From the NCBI GenBank assembly GCA_038874655.1, contig JAVZBY010000002.1, positions 57,335-121,334 on the forward strand: DNA of 64,000 nucleotides. Reading direction: 5' to 3'. The notes below the pieces were generated by a model. It was not told where the DNA came from. It did not search any database and was given only the letters and a program-made list of their open reading frames with translations. Each line of letters opens with the position of its first letter. Position 1 is the stretch's first letter. The stretch is from Candidatus Woesearchaeota archaeon. GTDB lineage: Archaea; Nanobdellota; Nanobdellia; Woesearchaeales; GW2011-AR15. The translations under genes were made by a program, and so were the position numbers. Shown in pieces: positions 17,897 to 27,659 of the stretch.

Positions 17897-19570
17897 ATGA
17901 AAAAAAGAGGTAATTTAATTAATAATTTAATTAATTTTGTTTTAAATATTATTACTTTATTAAATATAAATTTATTTTTTAATCAATCTTTTTTTTATTC
18001 ATTAATAAAAAAAATCTTTAAATTAAATAGATTATTTATTTTTTTAACATTCATAATTTTACATTCTTTTTTAATAAATGCATTTTTGAATCAAAGTACT
18101 ATTTTTAATAATCAAAGTAAAGATATAATCAAAGATTCATTGGAAAATTATATAACTAAAACTAGTTTATTAATTTCTATTAATAATACTATTCAAAAAA
18201 TTAGAAATCTTGGTTATAATGCATATATCTTTAATGATCTTTATAATGAATTATTTTTAATTGATGACTCTGATACTAGTTCTATAAATAATTTATATTT
18301 AATTTATAAAGAAACAGAAACAAATTATAATTATTCAATCAATTTATTAAACATACATAAAAATAATTTAAAATATCTTAAATCAATTCAAAATAATGAA
18401 AATAATCCGTTTTGTGATATAACCCTTTTAAAAAATATTCAAGAATATGAAAATACTATTTATATAGCAGAAAACAAAATAAAAAATTCATTATATTATG
18501 ATGCAATCAACATATTAACCACTTTAAATAATGAATTAAATCCTTTTATTGAAAATTATTTAAATAATCTAACTTCTATATTAAACAAAAACAATATTAA
18601 GGATAATTATGAGGTATTAGAGTTTATAAATGAGTATTATACTTCAGATAAAGAAAAAAATTTCGTTAAAAATTTAATTTTAAAATTAGATAATACAAAT
18701 TCAAATTTTAAAACAAAATATTTTATTTCAGATGAATCTATAGTTATTTTTAATTATATCTTCGGTGAAGAAAAAAATAAAATTCAAAGAATAAAAAATA
18801 ATGATATCTTAAAATACAACATAAAAGAGATTTCAGAAGTTTGTAATGAAATTTCTTATATAAATTATGTTTTATCGAAATATATAGAAATATCTATTTA
18901 TAACGATTATTTATTTAAAAATAATATTTCTAATAATTTATTAAATGATTTAAAAAATGAAATCATATATTATTTACAAAAAAATAGATTAGACAGAATT
19001 GAAACTCTTTTACAAGACACTAATAAAATTATAGAAAAAATAAAATCTTTTGAGATAAGATATAATAATCTTAAAATTGAAATTAATGAATTAAAATCAA
19101 AAAATATAACCGATTTTGATTCGAATAAAGAAATAATTCAACAAACACAAATTTTTTCACAAGAATTAGAAAATATTTATGAAGAATACAAAAAATTTGA
19201 ATTAGATAAAGCTAATAATAAATTAATAGAGTTAGAAAATCAACTTATCTCTTATAAATCAAGATTAATTGAAACAAAGATTAGACAAAAAAATTTTTTA
19301 AAAATAAACTTTAAAATTTTATTTTTAATATTTATCTTATCTATAACTTTGTTTATCATTTCATATCCCACTTTAAAAACTTATTACAAAAAAAAGAGAA
19401 TTACTTATCTTGAATCTAGAAAAAAAGCAATAATAGAGCAAATTAAACAACTTCAAAGAGACTATTTTATAGATAAAAAACTCTCAAGGAAAAGATACAA
19501 ACAACTTTTAAAAATAAATCAAACAAAACTTATTGAGATAATTAGAAATTTAGAGATTTTAAATAAATAA
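17897..19570 (+). CDS. Membrane protein with a long helical/coiled-coil ectodomain, C-terminal TM and a short cytoplasmic DYFxDKKLS motif
   Basis: N-terminal hydrophobic segments are followed by a long helical region. The TM ILFLIFILSITLFIISYPTL is followed by IKQLQRDYFIDKKLSRKRYKQLLK. Confidence 0.55.
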   Translation: MKKRGNLINNLINFVLNIITLLNINLFFNQSFFYSLIKKIFKLNRLFIFLTFIILHSFLINAFLNQSTIFNNQSKDIIKDSLENYITKTSLLISINNTIQKIRNLGYNAYIFNDLYNELFLIDDSDTSSINNLYLIYKETETNYNYSINLLNIHKNNLKYLKSIQNNENNPFCDITLLKNIQEYENTIYIAENKIKNSLYYDAINILTTLNNELNPFIENYLNNLTSILNKNNIKDNYEVLEFINEYYTSDKEKNFVKNLILKLDNTNSNFKTKYFISDESIVIFNYIFGEEKNKIQRIKNNDILKYNIKEISEVCNEISYINYVLSKYIEISIYNDYLFKNNISNNLLNDLKNEIIYYLQKNRLDRIETLLQDTNKIIEKIKSFEIRYNNLKIEINELKSKNITDFDSNKEIIQQTQIFSQELENIYEEYKKFELDKANNKLIELENQLISYKSRLIETKIRQKNFLKINFKILFLIFILSITLFIISYPTLKTYYKKKRITYLESRKKAIIEQIKQLQRDYFIDKKLSRKRYKQLLKINQTKLIEIIRNLEILNK

Positions 19571-19646
19571 TCCAGAACATTATTTTTTGTAAAATTCCAA
19601 AATATAATTAGTTAATATAAATAATAATATAAATTAGTATTTAAAA

Positions 19647-21464
19647 ATGAATAAAGCAAACACATTGAATAAAGAAAAAAAAATAATATTAGATACTTAT
19701 TTTTCATTGCTAGATAATTTTCCAAATCCAATTTGGCTTTCAGATAAAAATGCAAAATTTATTTTTTACAATAAATCTTGGCTTTCTTTTATAGGTGATT
19801 CAGGTAATAAAAATAAGTTCAAATCTTGGTTTAATCATATACACAATAAAGACAAAAAAAAGTTTTTAAAAATTTTCAGATCCAGTTTTAGTAAAAAAAA
19901 TTCATTTATGATAGATCTTAAATTAAGAAACAAAGATAAAACATATCACTTAGTAAGAACTTATGGTTCCCCGATTTATATTGACAATAAATTTTTAGGA
20001 TATATTGGTTATTGTTTTGACATTGATAAATTGAATAAAAACGAAAAAAGACTTATAGAGACAGAAACTAAATTTGAAACCATATTCAAAGAAATAAATG
20101 AAGCTATTTTATTATTGAATGAAAATAAAATCATTGATTGTAATGATAAAGCATTAGAATTATTTAGAGTTTCAAAAAATAGTTTCTTAAAAAAAGATAT
20201 TCTGAAATTTACACCATATAAACAACCAGACAATGCAATCTCTAAACTTAAATTTAAAAAATTGTTAAATCAAAAAATCTTTGAATGGCAATTTAAAAGA
20301 AAAGATTGGACACTATTTTTAGCTGAAGTTAAACTAACAAAAATAAAAATTATTGAAAATAATGGCTTAAAAGAATATTTTTTAATGATAATAAATGATA
20401 TCACAGAAAAAAGGAGAATTCAAGAAGAACTAATAAAAAAAGATCAATTCTTAATAAAACAAAATGAACTATTAAAACAATTAAGTCAATCCTATTCCAA
20501 AGATAGGATAATACAATTTTATAAAAAATCTTTAAAGAGAGTATTAAACTTTCTAAACATAGATAGAATTAGTTTATGGTTAATTAAAGACAAATATATA
20601 AACCTGATTTTGCAATATGATAAAATTAAAAATAAGTATTCTAGTGATAAAAAAATTGAAATAAAAAAATATCCTAAATACTTTAAATCTTTGTTTAAAT
20701 CTCAATTTATAGATGCTTCAGACGCAAGAAATGATAAAAGAACTAAAGAGTTTTTAAATTCTTATTTTAAAAAATACAAAATTTTCTCTACTTTAGATAT
20801 ACCTATAAGAATAAAAAATACAGTCATAGGTGTTTTGTGTTTAGAAAAAATAAATTACAAAAAAAATTGGACTCATTTAGAAAAAAACTTTGCAGTTATA
20901 TTAAGTGAATTTTTTTCAAATATAATAGAAGAACAAATATTGGAAAAAGAAGAAACTTTATTAAGCATACAAGAAAAAAAATATAAACTTATAGTAGAAA
21001 ATTTATTTGATGCTTTATTTATTCATGATAATAAGGGAAATATTTTAGATGTCAATAAAATGGCTTCTAATATTTCTGGCTACACCTATAAAGAATTATT
21101 AAGAAAAAACCTATTTGATCTTATTGTTGATAATAATAAGTTAAAAAAAAATTATCTCTATCTAGGGAATAATAAAAAAATTTCATATGAAACAAGATTA
21201 ATAAAAAAAAATAAAGAATCTATTTATGTAAATATTAGTTCAGTAATTATATCCAGAGATAAAAAAATTTCAATTCAGACTATTATAAGGGATATAAATG
21301 ATAATAAACTAAAAGAATTAAAATTAGAAGAAATTAATGCAAAATTAAAAGAAAAAATTGAGGAATTAGAAAAATTTGAAAAAATTGCCATAAATAGAGA
21401 ATTAAAAATGATAGAATTAAAGAATAAATTAGCAGAGTATGAACAAAATAATCAAAATAATTAA
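19647..21464 (+). CDS. PAS-PAS-GAF-PAS sensor protein with no transmitter domain; ends in the LEKFxKIAINRELKMIELK coiled coil
   Basis: PAS-like: NFPNPIWLSDKNAKFIFYNKSW and FKEINEAILLLNENKIIDCNDKA. GAF-like: LNIDRISLWLIK..STLDIPIRIKNTVIGVLCLE. PAS-like: ENLFDALFIHDNKGNILDVNKMA. No H-box or ATPase motifs are present. Confidence 0.75.
   Translation: MNKANTLNKEKKIILDTYFSLLDNFPNPIWLSDKNAKFIFYNKSWLSFIGDSGNKNKFKSWFNHIHNKDKKKFLKIFRSSFSKKNSFMIDLKLRNKDKTYHLVRTYGSPIYIDNKFLGYIGYCFDIDKLNKNEKRLIETETKFETIFKEINEAILLLNENKIIDCNDKALELFRVSKNSFLKKDILKFTPYKQPDNAISKLKFKKLLNQKIFEWQFKRKDWTLFLAEVKLTKIKIIENNGLKEYFLMIINDITEKRRIQEELIKKDQFLIKQNELLKQLSQSYSKDRIIQFYKKSLKRVLNFLNIDRISLWLIKDKYINLILQYDKIKNKYSSDKKIEIKKYPKYFKSLFKSQFIDASDARNDKRTKEFLNSYFKKYKIFSTLDIPIRIKNTVIGVLCLEKINYKKNWTHLEKNFAVILSEFFSNIIEEQILEKEETLLSIQEKKYKLIVENLFDALFIHDNKGNILDVNKMASNISGYTYKELLRKNLFDLIVDNNKLKKNYLYLGNNKKISYETRLIKKNKESIYVNISSVIISRDKKISIQTIIRDINDNKLKELKLEEINAKLKEKIEELEKFEKIAINRELKMIELKNKLAEYEQNNQNN
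21364..21423 (+). repeat. 60-nt near-identical dispersed repeat, copy A (encodes ELEKFEKIAINRELKMIELK)
   Basis: By my manual alignment about 54 of 60 nt are identical to 23086..23145. Confidence 0.8.
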
Positions 21465-21492
21465 AATAAAATAGATACATCAGATATTTAAA

Positions 21493-22347
21493 ATGAAAAA
21501 AATAAAAAATCTAAATAAATATAGAATTAGATTTAATCATTTTATTAAATCTAGTCAAGTTATTAAATCATATAAAATAAGAGATATAATTAAAATAATA
21601 AATATACTAATAGTTTTATTTCTTATTATATCCTGTACACAATTTTATTCAGAAAAATCAAAAATAAATGAAATAAAAAAAAGAGGAAAATTAATTATAG
21701 GAACAAGTCCACCTTATGGAATAATGGAATTTTATAAAAATAATGAGATAGTTGGTTTAGATATTGATATAGCAAAAGAAATAGCAAAATCCTTAAATGT
21801 GGAATTAGAAATAAAAATAATAGATTTTGATAAATTCTCTGAAGCTTTAAATAATGATGAAATTGATTTAATGATAGCTTCAATAACAATCACTTCAGAT
21901 AGACTCGATGAGATGGAACTTTCAATTCCTTACTTTAATACAGGTCAAGTTATTGTTTCAAAATATAATATAAATAGATATGAAGAATTAGAAAACAAAA
22001 CTATCTTAATAGAAGAAGATGGTTCAGATACGAAAAATCAGATTTTTAAGATTATAAAAAATTTTACACCAATTTACTATTCAGAAAGCCAAGGATTACC
22101 CTATGTTGAAAAAGCAATATTTGAATTAAATCAAAATAAGGTAGATGCATTTGTTATAGATTACATAGCAGCAATAGATATAGTAAAATATCATAAAGAC
22201 TTTCATATACTTGGTCCATTTACTAATGAATTTTATGGAATTGCATCAAAAAAAGGAAACAAAGATTTAATAAATCATGTTAATCAAATCATAAGAAATT
22301 TAAAATACACTGGTGAATTAGATAAGATTAAAGAAAAATGGATTTAG
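21493..22347 (+). CDS. Family-3 solute-binding protein (amino-acid-type SBP), membrane-tethered or secreted
   Basis: RGKLIIGTSPPYGIMEFYKNNEIVGLDIDIAKEIAKSLNVELEIKIIDFDKFSEALNNDEIDLMIASITITSDR..IPYFNTGQVIV. An N-terminal hydrophobic segment is present. Confidence 0.8.
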   Translation: MKKIKNLNKYRIRFNHFIKSSQVIKSYKIRDIIKIINILIVLFLIISCTQFYSEKSKINEIKKRGKLIIGTSPPYGIMEFYKNNEIVGLDIDIAKEIAKSLNVELEIKIIDFDKFSEALNNDEIDLMIASITITSDRLDEMELSIPYFNTGQVIVSKYNINRYEELENKTILIEEDGSDTKNQIFKIIKNFTPIYYSESQGLPYVEKAIFELNQNKVDAFVIDYIAAIDIVKYHKDFHILGPFTNEFYGIASKKGNKDLINHVNQIIRNLKYTGELDKIKEKWI

Positions 22348-22351
22348 AAAA

Positions 22352-23191
22352 ATGCTATCAATAAAAACAAAAATTTTTGCTGCAATTTTTGTAATTATTA
22401 TATTATTTAGTTCTATACTTTTTTATTTAGATTTTTATATTGATAAAAAAAATATGCAAGATTTTTTTTTAGAAAAAGTTAAATCAATTTCAAATAGTTT
22501 TAATGCTAATTTAGATAATAATATCTTATCAAATGAAGATGAATTATTAAATTTAAAAAATAGTTTTATTTATCATCATCCAGAAATAGTAGATTTAAAT
22601 TTAATTATGGATATACAAAATTTACCTTCCACCTTAAATAAAGGTTATACTTATAACATACTTGAAATCAACAAAAAGAAATATCTCAACTATACTTCCT
22701 TAATAATCATTTCAGGTCAAGAGAAGGCAGCTTTAAATATATTATTTGATTTAGATGATATTAGTTCTAGAATATTTAATGAATTAAAGATAGTTATATC
22801 TCTATATATCACTTTTTTGATATTAACTTTTTTTATTCTAAATTATATATATGATCTTATTTTACTTCAACCAATAAATAAATTATTAATTAATATTAAT
22901 GAATTTAGTCAAGGAAAAAGCATTAATCAATATGAATCTACGAATGATGAACTTGGTATTTTAACAAAAAAATTTTTTGAACTATATAAAATAATAATTG
23001 AGTCAAGAAAAAAAATTGAGCAACATGAAAAAGAACTTGAAAAAAAAGTTGAAGAAAAAACTAAAGAACTTCAAACAAAAATAAAAGAATTAGAAAAATT
23101 TCAAAAAATAATCATAAATAGAGAATTAAAAATGATAGAATTGAAAAAACAAATAGAAGAGTTAAAAAAAAATGAAAAAGAACAAAAATAA
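22352..23191 (+). CDS. Two-TM sensor-like protein with a HAMP domain and an LEKFxKIIINRELKMIELK coiled coil, no transmitter
   Basis: TM1 is IFAAIFVIIILFSSILFYL and TM2 is VISLYITFLILTFFILNYIY. HAMP-like: LLQPINKLLININEFSQGKS..NDELGILTKKFFELY. The protein ends shortly after the coiled coil. Confidence 0.7.
   Translation: MLSIKTKIFAAIFVIIILFSSILFYLDFYIDKKNMQDFFLEKVKSISNSFNANLDNNILSNEDELLNLKNSFIYHHPEIVDLNLIMDIQNLPSTLNKGYTYNILEINKKKYLNYTSLIIISGQEKAALNILFDLDDISSRIFNELKIVISLYITFLILTFFILNYIYDLILLQPINKLLININEFSQGKSINQYESTNDELGILTKKFFELYKIIIESRKKIEQHEKELEKKVEEKTKELQTKIKELEKFQKIIINRELKMIELKKQIEELKKNEKEQK
23086..23145 (+). repeat. 60-nt near-identical dispersed repeat, copy B (encodes ELEKFQKIIINRELKMIELK)
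   Basis: See 21364..21423. Confidence 0.8.
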
Positions 23192-26100
23192 AATATTTTT
23201 TAAAATCTATTCGATAAAGAAAAAATCTATTATTAAAAAAAGATTAATCTTTTTGATATTAATATTTATAACTTTTTTTTTATTATCAGTGAGCATAAAA
23301 TCACAGAATACTATAAATGAGAGAATAAATAAACTTAGTGTTGAATACTTAGCAAAAAAAGTAGCATTAGAAATAGAAAATTATCATATTGAAGAAAAGA
23401 CAATATTTGAATTACAGAATAATAGCTTATTTAGGAATATTGCTATTCAAACAGATAATCAAGGAATGTATACCGCAGTAATGGATGCAGAAACAGGATA
23501 TTTTTATTTTCATCCTCAAAAAAAATTAGAAAACACAGATAGCCATTTATTAAAAGAAAAATTACCTGAATGGTGGAAAATTTTTGAAAATATTATTGGT
23601 TCTTGTAATGATTCAGAGGGTTATTATACATGGTTGGAAGAAGATGGTGCTATAACAAAAAAATATATGTATCTTACATGTGTTAAATCAAAGACAAAAG
23701 ATAATAAAAAATTGTTTGTTGCTGCTACAGCATATGAAAATGAGACAATAGCTTCAGATTATCTATTTAAATATTTTCATAGAAAATTAAACTTAGTTGC
23801 GCCAGAGTATCCCCCCTACACAAGTCAGTACTTAAAGAACAATGGTTTTTTTACTGAATTAACTGTTGAGGCATTTAAAACACAGGGTTATGATGTTGAT
23901 GTTAAAATATTATCATGGACTGATGCCTATAATGGAGCAAAAGAAGGAAAATATGATGGTATTATTCATGTTTGGTATACAAAAGAAAGAGAACAATTTT
24001 TTGCTTATTCTGATGAAATGCCACCTACAGAATTTGTATTTTGTACATTACCTAATAAAAATATTAAAGAATTCAAAGATTTTGATAGTTTAAAAAATTA
24101 TAAAATAGGCACTGTCAAAGATTATGGGTATCCTGATGAATTTAGAAACTCTAATTTAACAAAAATTGAATCTACTTATGATTATGAAAATATAAATAAA
24201 TTAATTAATAATGAAGTTGATTTAATAATAATTGATAGAGCACAATTTGAATACTACAAAAATAATTTTTATTCTAATACAACAATATTTTGTTTATCGC
24301 CATTTAAATCAATACCTGCACATATTATTATATCAAAAAAAGTTCCTAATTATGTAAAAATAATCTATGATTTTAATGAAGGTCTAAAAAAAATAAAATA
24401 TGATGGTACTTTTGATAATATATTAAAAAAGCACAACTTGAGCTTTTACATAAAATTAGAAAAAAAAATAAAATCCGCTTCAGAAAAAAATTATCCACCT
24501 TTAGCTATTTTTTATAATCAAAGTAATCAATTAATTGCTGATGGTTTTTCTGTTGAATTATTAAAAGAAGTTTTGAATTCACAAGGTTATGAAGTTGATT
24601 TTTATGTTGATGATTGGTATAAAATAAAAAATGATCTAATAGATCATAGAATTGATGTCCTTTCTTTAGTTGCTATAACACCAGAAAAAGAACCTTATTT
24701 TGATTTTTCAGTGCCATATTTAACATTAAAAGGTGCTGTTTTCACAAAAGATTTTAGTAATATAAATTCATTTGAAAAATTAAAAAATAAAAAAATAATT
24801 GTAATGAAAGGGGATATTGCAGAGGAATACATTCTTAGAAATAAAATAACTGATAAATTAATTACAACAAATACTTATGAAGAAGCATTTTTACTATTAA
24901 GTAAAGGAAATTATGATGCTGTTATTCTTCAAGAAATTATAGGCAATTCTATATTAAATAAATTAAATTTAAATAATATAAAAAAGGCATTTGTTTTAGA
25001 TGATTTTAAACAGGATTTTGCATTTGCAGTTAAAAAAGGAAATAAAGAATTATTATCAGTTTTAAATGAAGGTTTATCAAAAAAAATTGCAGATGGAACT
25101 TATGAAAAATTATATGATAAATGGCTAAAAAAAGATCTTTTCTATAATAAAATAAATTTATCTTTTTACATAAAAATTTTGTTAATTGTTGTTGTTTTAG
25201 TTATAATAATATATCTTTTTAAACCTAATTTTTTCTTTTATCTAACACTTATTTTTGCTTTAATTGTAATTGTTGCCCTTATCTATAACACATATGAACA
25301 AACTAAAAAAATAGAAGAAAATGCTCTTAAATTTTCTTATAATGAACTTAAAACTATTTCAGAAATAGAGAAAACTTATATAGAAAATATAGTAAAAGAT
25401 TATCATATTTTACTTAAATCCTTATCAACACAAGATTCTTTAACTGATGAAGAATTAGAATTGATAAAAAATACAGATAATAATATTAATTCAATTTTTA
25501 TAACTAATATTTCTAATTATAATAAAACAATAGAAATAGATAAAAATAGTTATATAGTAATAACAGAGAAGTATAAAAATAATACATTAGTTCTTTTTTT
25601 AAATCCAAAAAAATTTAACCAAATAATTGAATTAACTAATAAAGTGTCTTTTTATATTAAAAGAAACATTATTTTTTATAATAATGGCAAAATTTTTACA
25701 ACAAATTACATTTCAGATTTAAATATCATAAATGATTTATTGTACGAAAGTAATAATAACTTTGATACTTTTGATATAATTTCTAATGAAGATGAAAATA
25801 ATCTACTAATATTAACTTTTGTTAAAGAATTAGATTTAATTTTATATCACAAAATAGAAAAAAAAGAAATAATTAACAATATAAGACCCATTATAACTAA
25901 ACTTTGGATAAATACATTTCTTATAATCTTCTTTATAATTCTAATGTTATTAATTATGAATGTTTTAAATACGAAAAAATTAAGATATATAATACAAGAA
26001 AAAACTAAAGAACTAATATTGTTGAATCAAGAGTTAGAAAAAAAAGTTAAAGTAAGAACAAAAGAATTACATAAATTAAACCAAAACCTAGAAGATGAGG

Positions 26101-26987
26101 TAAAAAAAAGAACTAGAGAATTAGAAGAAAAAGTTAATGAATTGGAAAATACAAAAAAAGCAATATTAAATATCTTAGAAGATATTGATGAAAACAATAA
26201 GCAGTTAGAAGAAGCAAAACAAAAATTAAATGAAACAATAGAAAAATTAAAAGAAATAGATAAGAAAAAAGATGAATTTTTATCAATAACAGCACATGAA
26301 TTAAAAACACCTTTAACAAGCATAAAAGGATTTGTTGAATTACTGAAAAATCCAAAAGTTCAAGAAAACAAACAATTAAGAGAACAATATTTTAACATTA
26401 TAATCCAAGATACAGAAAGATTAGGAAAATTAATTACTGATATCTTGGATTTATCTAGATTAGATCAAGGAACAATGAAATTTTATTATGAAAAAACAAC
26501 AGCAGAAGAAATTTTAAATCAAATAAAAAATCTTTGTGATTTACAAATTAAATCAAAAGGTTTAAAATCTTACTATATAATTAAAAATAAAATTCCAGAG
26601 TTCTATACAGATAAATCAAGATTAATTCAAGTAATCTCTAATTTAGTTAATAATTCAATAAAATATACTGAAAAAGGTTTCATAAAAGTAGAAGCATATA
26701 TAGATAATAAAAATGAATTTATACATTTTAAAGTTATTGATACTGGTGTTGGAATTCCAAAAAATGAGCATAAAAACTTATTTCAAAGATTTTATCAAGT
26801 TGATTCTTCTTATACTAGGAAAGTCGGAGGTAGTGGTCTAGGGTTATCTATATGTAAGGGAATAGTTGAAGCATTACATGGGGAAATTTGGTTTTCAAGT
26901 CAAGTTGGTAAAGGTTCGACATTTGAATTTAAGATCAAATTTTTAAATAAACAACCAGAAAATTTAGAACAAAACAAAAAAATATAA
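23172..26987 (+). CDS. Sensor histidine kinase with Cache-like + two family-3 SBP ectodomains, a second ectodomain, and HisKA + HATPase_c
   Basis: Cache-like: YTAVMDAETGYFYFHPQ. SBP copies: LVAPEYPPYTSQ..WTDAYNGAKEGKYDG and NYPPLAIFYNQSN..DWYKIKNDLIDHRIDV. Four TM segments. H-box SITAHELKTPLTSIKGF, N-box NLVNNSIKYT, G1 DTGVGIP, G2 GGSGLGLSICKGIV. It overlaps the upstream gene by 20 nt. Confidence 0.9.
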   Translation: MKKNKNKIFFKIYSIKKKSIIKKRLIFLILIFITFFLLSVSIKSQNTINERINKLSVEYLAKKVALEIENYHIEEKTIFELQNNSLFRNIAIQTDNQGMYTAVMDAETGYFYFHPQKKLENTDSHLLKEKLPEWWKIFENIIGSCNDSEGYYTWLEEDGAITKKYMYLTCVKSKTKDNKKLFVAATAYENETIASDYLFKYFHRKLNLVAPEYPPYTSQYLKNNGFFTELTVEAFKTQGYDVDVKILSWTDAYNGAKEGKYDGIIHVWYTKEREQFFAYSDEMPPTEFVFCTLPNKNIKEFKDFDSLKNYKIGTVKDYGYPDEFRNSNLTKIESTYDYENINKLINNEVDLIIIDRAQFEYYKNNFYSNTTIFCLSPFKSIPAHIIISKKVPNYVKIIYDFNEGLKKIKYDGTFDNILKKHNLSFYIKLEKKIKSASEKNYPPLAIFYNQSNQLIADGFSVELLKEVLNSQGYEVDFYVDDWYKIKNDLIDHRIDVLSLVAITPEKEPYFDFSVPYLTLKGAVFTKDFSNINSFEKLKNKKIIVMKGDIAEEYILRNKITDKLITTNTYEEAFLLLSKGNYDAVILQEIIGNSILNKLNLNNIKKAFVLDDFKQDFAFAVKKGNKELLSVLNEGLSKKIADGTYEKLYDKWLKKDLFYNKINLSFYIKILLIVVVLVIIIYLFKPNFFFYLTLIFALIVIVALIYNTYEQTKKIEENALKFSYNELKTISEIEKTYIENIVKDYHILLKSLSTQDSLTDEELELIKNTDNNINSIFITNISNYNKTIEIDKNSYIVITEKYKNNTLVLFLNPKKFNQIIELTNKVSFYIKRNIIFYNNGKIFTTNYISDLNIINDLLYESNNNFDTFDIISNEDENNLLILTFVKELDLILYHKIEKKEIINNIRPIITKLWINTFLIIFFIILMLLIMNVLNTKKLRYIIQEKTKELILLNQELEKKVKVRTKELHKLNQNLEDEVKKRTRELEEKVNELENTKKAILNILEDIDENNKQLEEAKQKLNETIEKLKEIDKKKDEFLSITAHELKTPLTSIKGFVELLKNPKVQENKQLREQYFNIIIQDTERLGKLITDILDLSRLDQGTMKFYYEKTTAEEILNQIKNLCDLQIKSKGLKSYYIIKNKIPEFYTDKSRLIQVISNLVNNSIKYTEKGFIKVEAYIDNKNEFIHFKVIDTGVGIPKNEHKNLFQRFYQVDSSYTRKVGGSGLGLSICKGIVEALHGEIWFSSQVGKGSTFEFKIKFLNKQPENLEQNKKI

Positions 26988-27122
26988 AAAAAGAAAAAAC
27001 TTTGGAATGTATTTAGGTATATATCAGAGATATAACAAAATTTTATAGATATGCTTAAAATAATTATTATAATCTTATATTATTAGTTTTTTAATACTAT
27101 AGAATTTTAAGATGTGGTAAAA

Positions 27123-27524
27123 ATGATAAAAAAAGACTCTAAAAAATCAGAAAAAAAAATAATCCTCGTAGTTGATGATGAGCCTAATATTTTAGAATTA
27201 GAAAAAGCAATATTAGAGGTAGAAAATTATAATGTAATTACAGCACAATCAGGGCAAGAAGCATTAGATCTATTAAAAAAAATAAAACCAGATTTAATTT
27301 TATTAGATATGATGATGCCAAACATGTCTGGTAGAGAAGTTTGTGAAAGAATAAGAAAAGATCCAAAAACAAAAAAACTAAAAGTAATTTTTGTAACAGT
27401 AGCAAGGTTTTCAGAATTAGGTAAAGATCAATTAAAGGGGATGAATGTTTCTGATTATATAACAAAACCCTTTGAAAACTCTGATTTTATTAATAGAATA
27501 AAAAAAGTACTAGATGAAAAATAG
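27123..27524 (+). CDS. Stand-alone CheY-like response-regulator receiver
   Basis: ILVVDDEPNILE, LILLDMMMPNMSG (acceptor Asp), VIFVTV and YITKPF. The track starts at GTG 27114; I prefer the in-frame ATG at 27123. Confidence 0.9.
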   Translation: MIKKDSKKSEKKIILVVDDEPNILELEKAILEVENYNVITAQSGQEALDLLKKIKPDLILLDMMMPNMSGREVCERIRKDPKTKKLKVIFVTVARFSELGKDQLKGMNVSDYITKPFENSDFINRIKKVLDEK

Positions 27525-27659
27525 ATATAATATAAAAAATTATATGCATAAGGATATACATAATATACATATAGATAATATAAATCAGATGGAAATAAAA
27601 ATCAAATTATCTAATAAATAACCTAAAACTTTTAAATTTGTGAGAAAAAGGAAGATAAA

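Noticed and set aside
21493-22347. ABC amino-acid uptake operon
   Set aside because: Only the binding protein is present. The flanking genes are sensor proteins, with no permease or ATPase.
23866-24093. 75-aa plus-strand alternate-frame ORF inside the histidine kinase, and the antisense ORFs 26027-26323 and 26134-26355
   Set aside because: They fall within the SBP-like and coiled-coil regions of a kinase whose frame carries all the canonical motifs.
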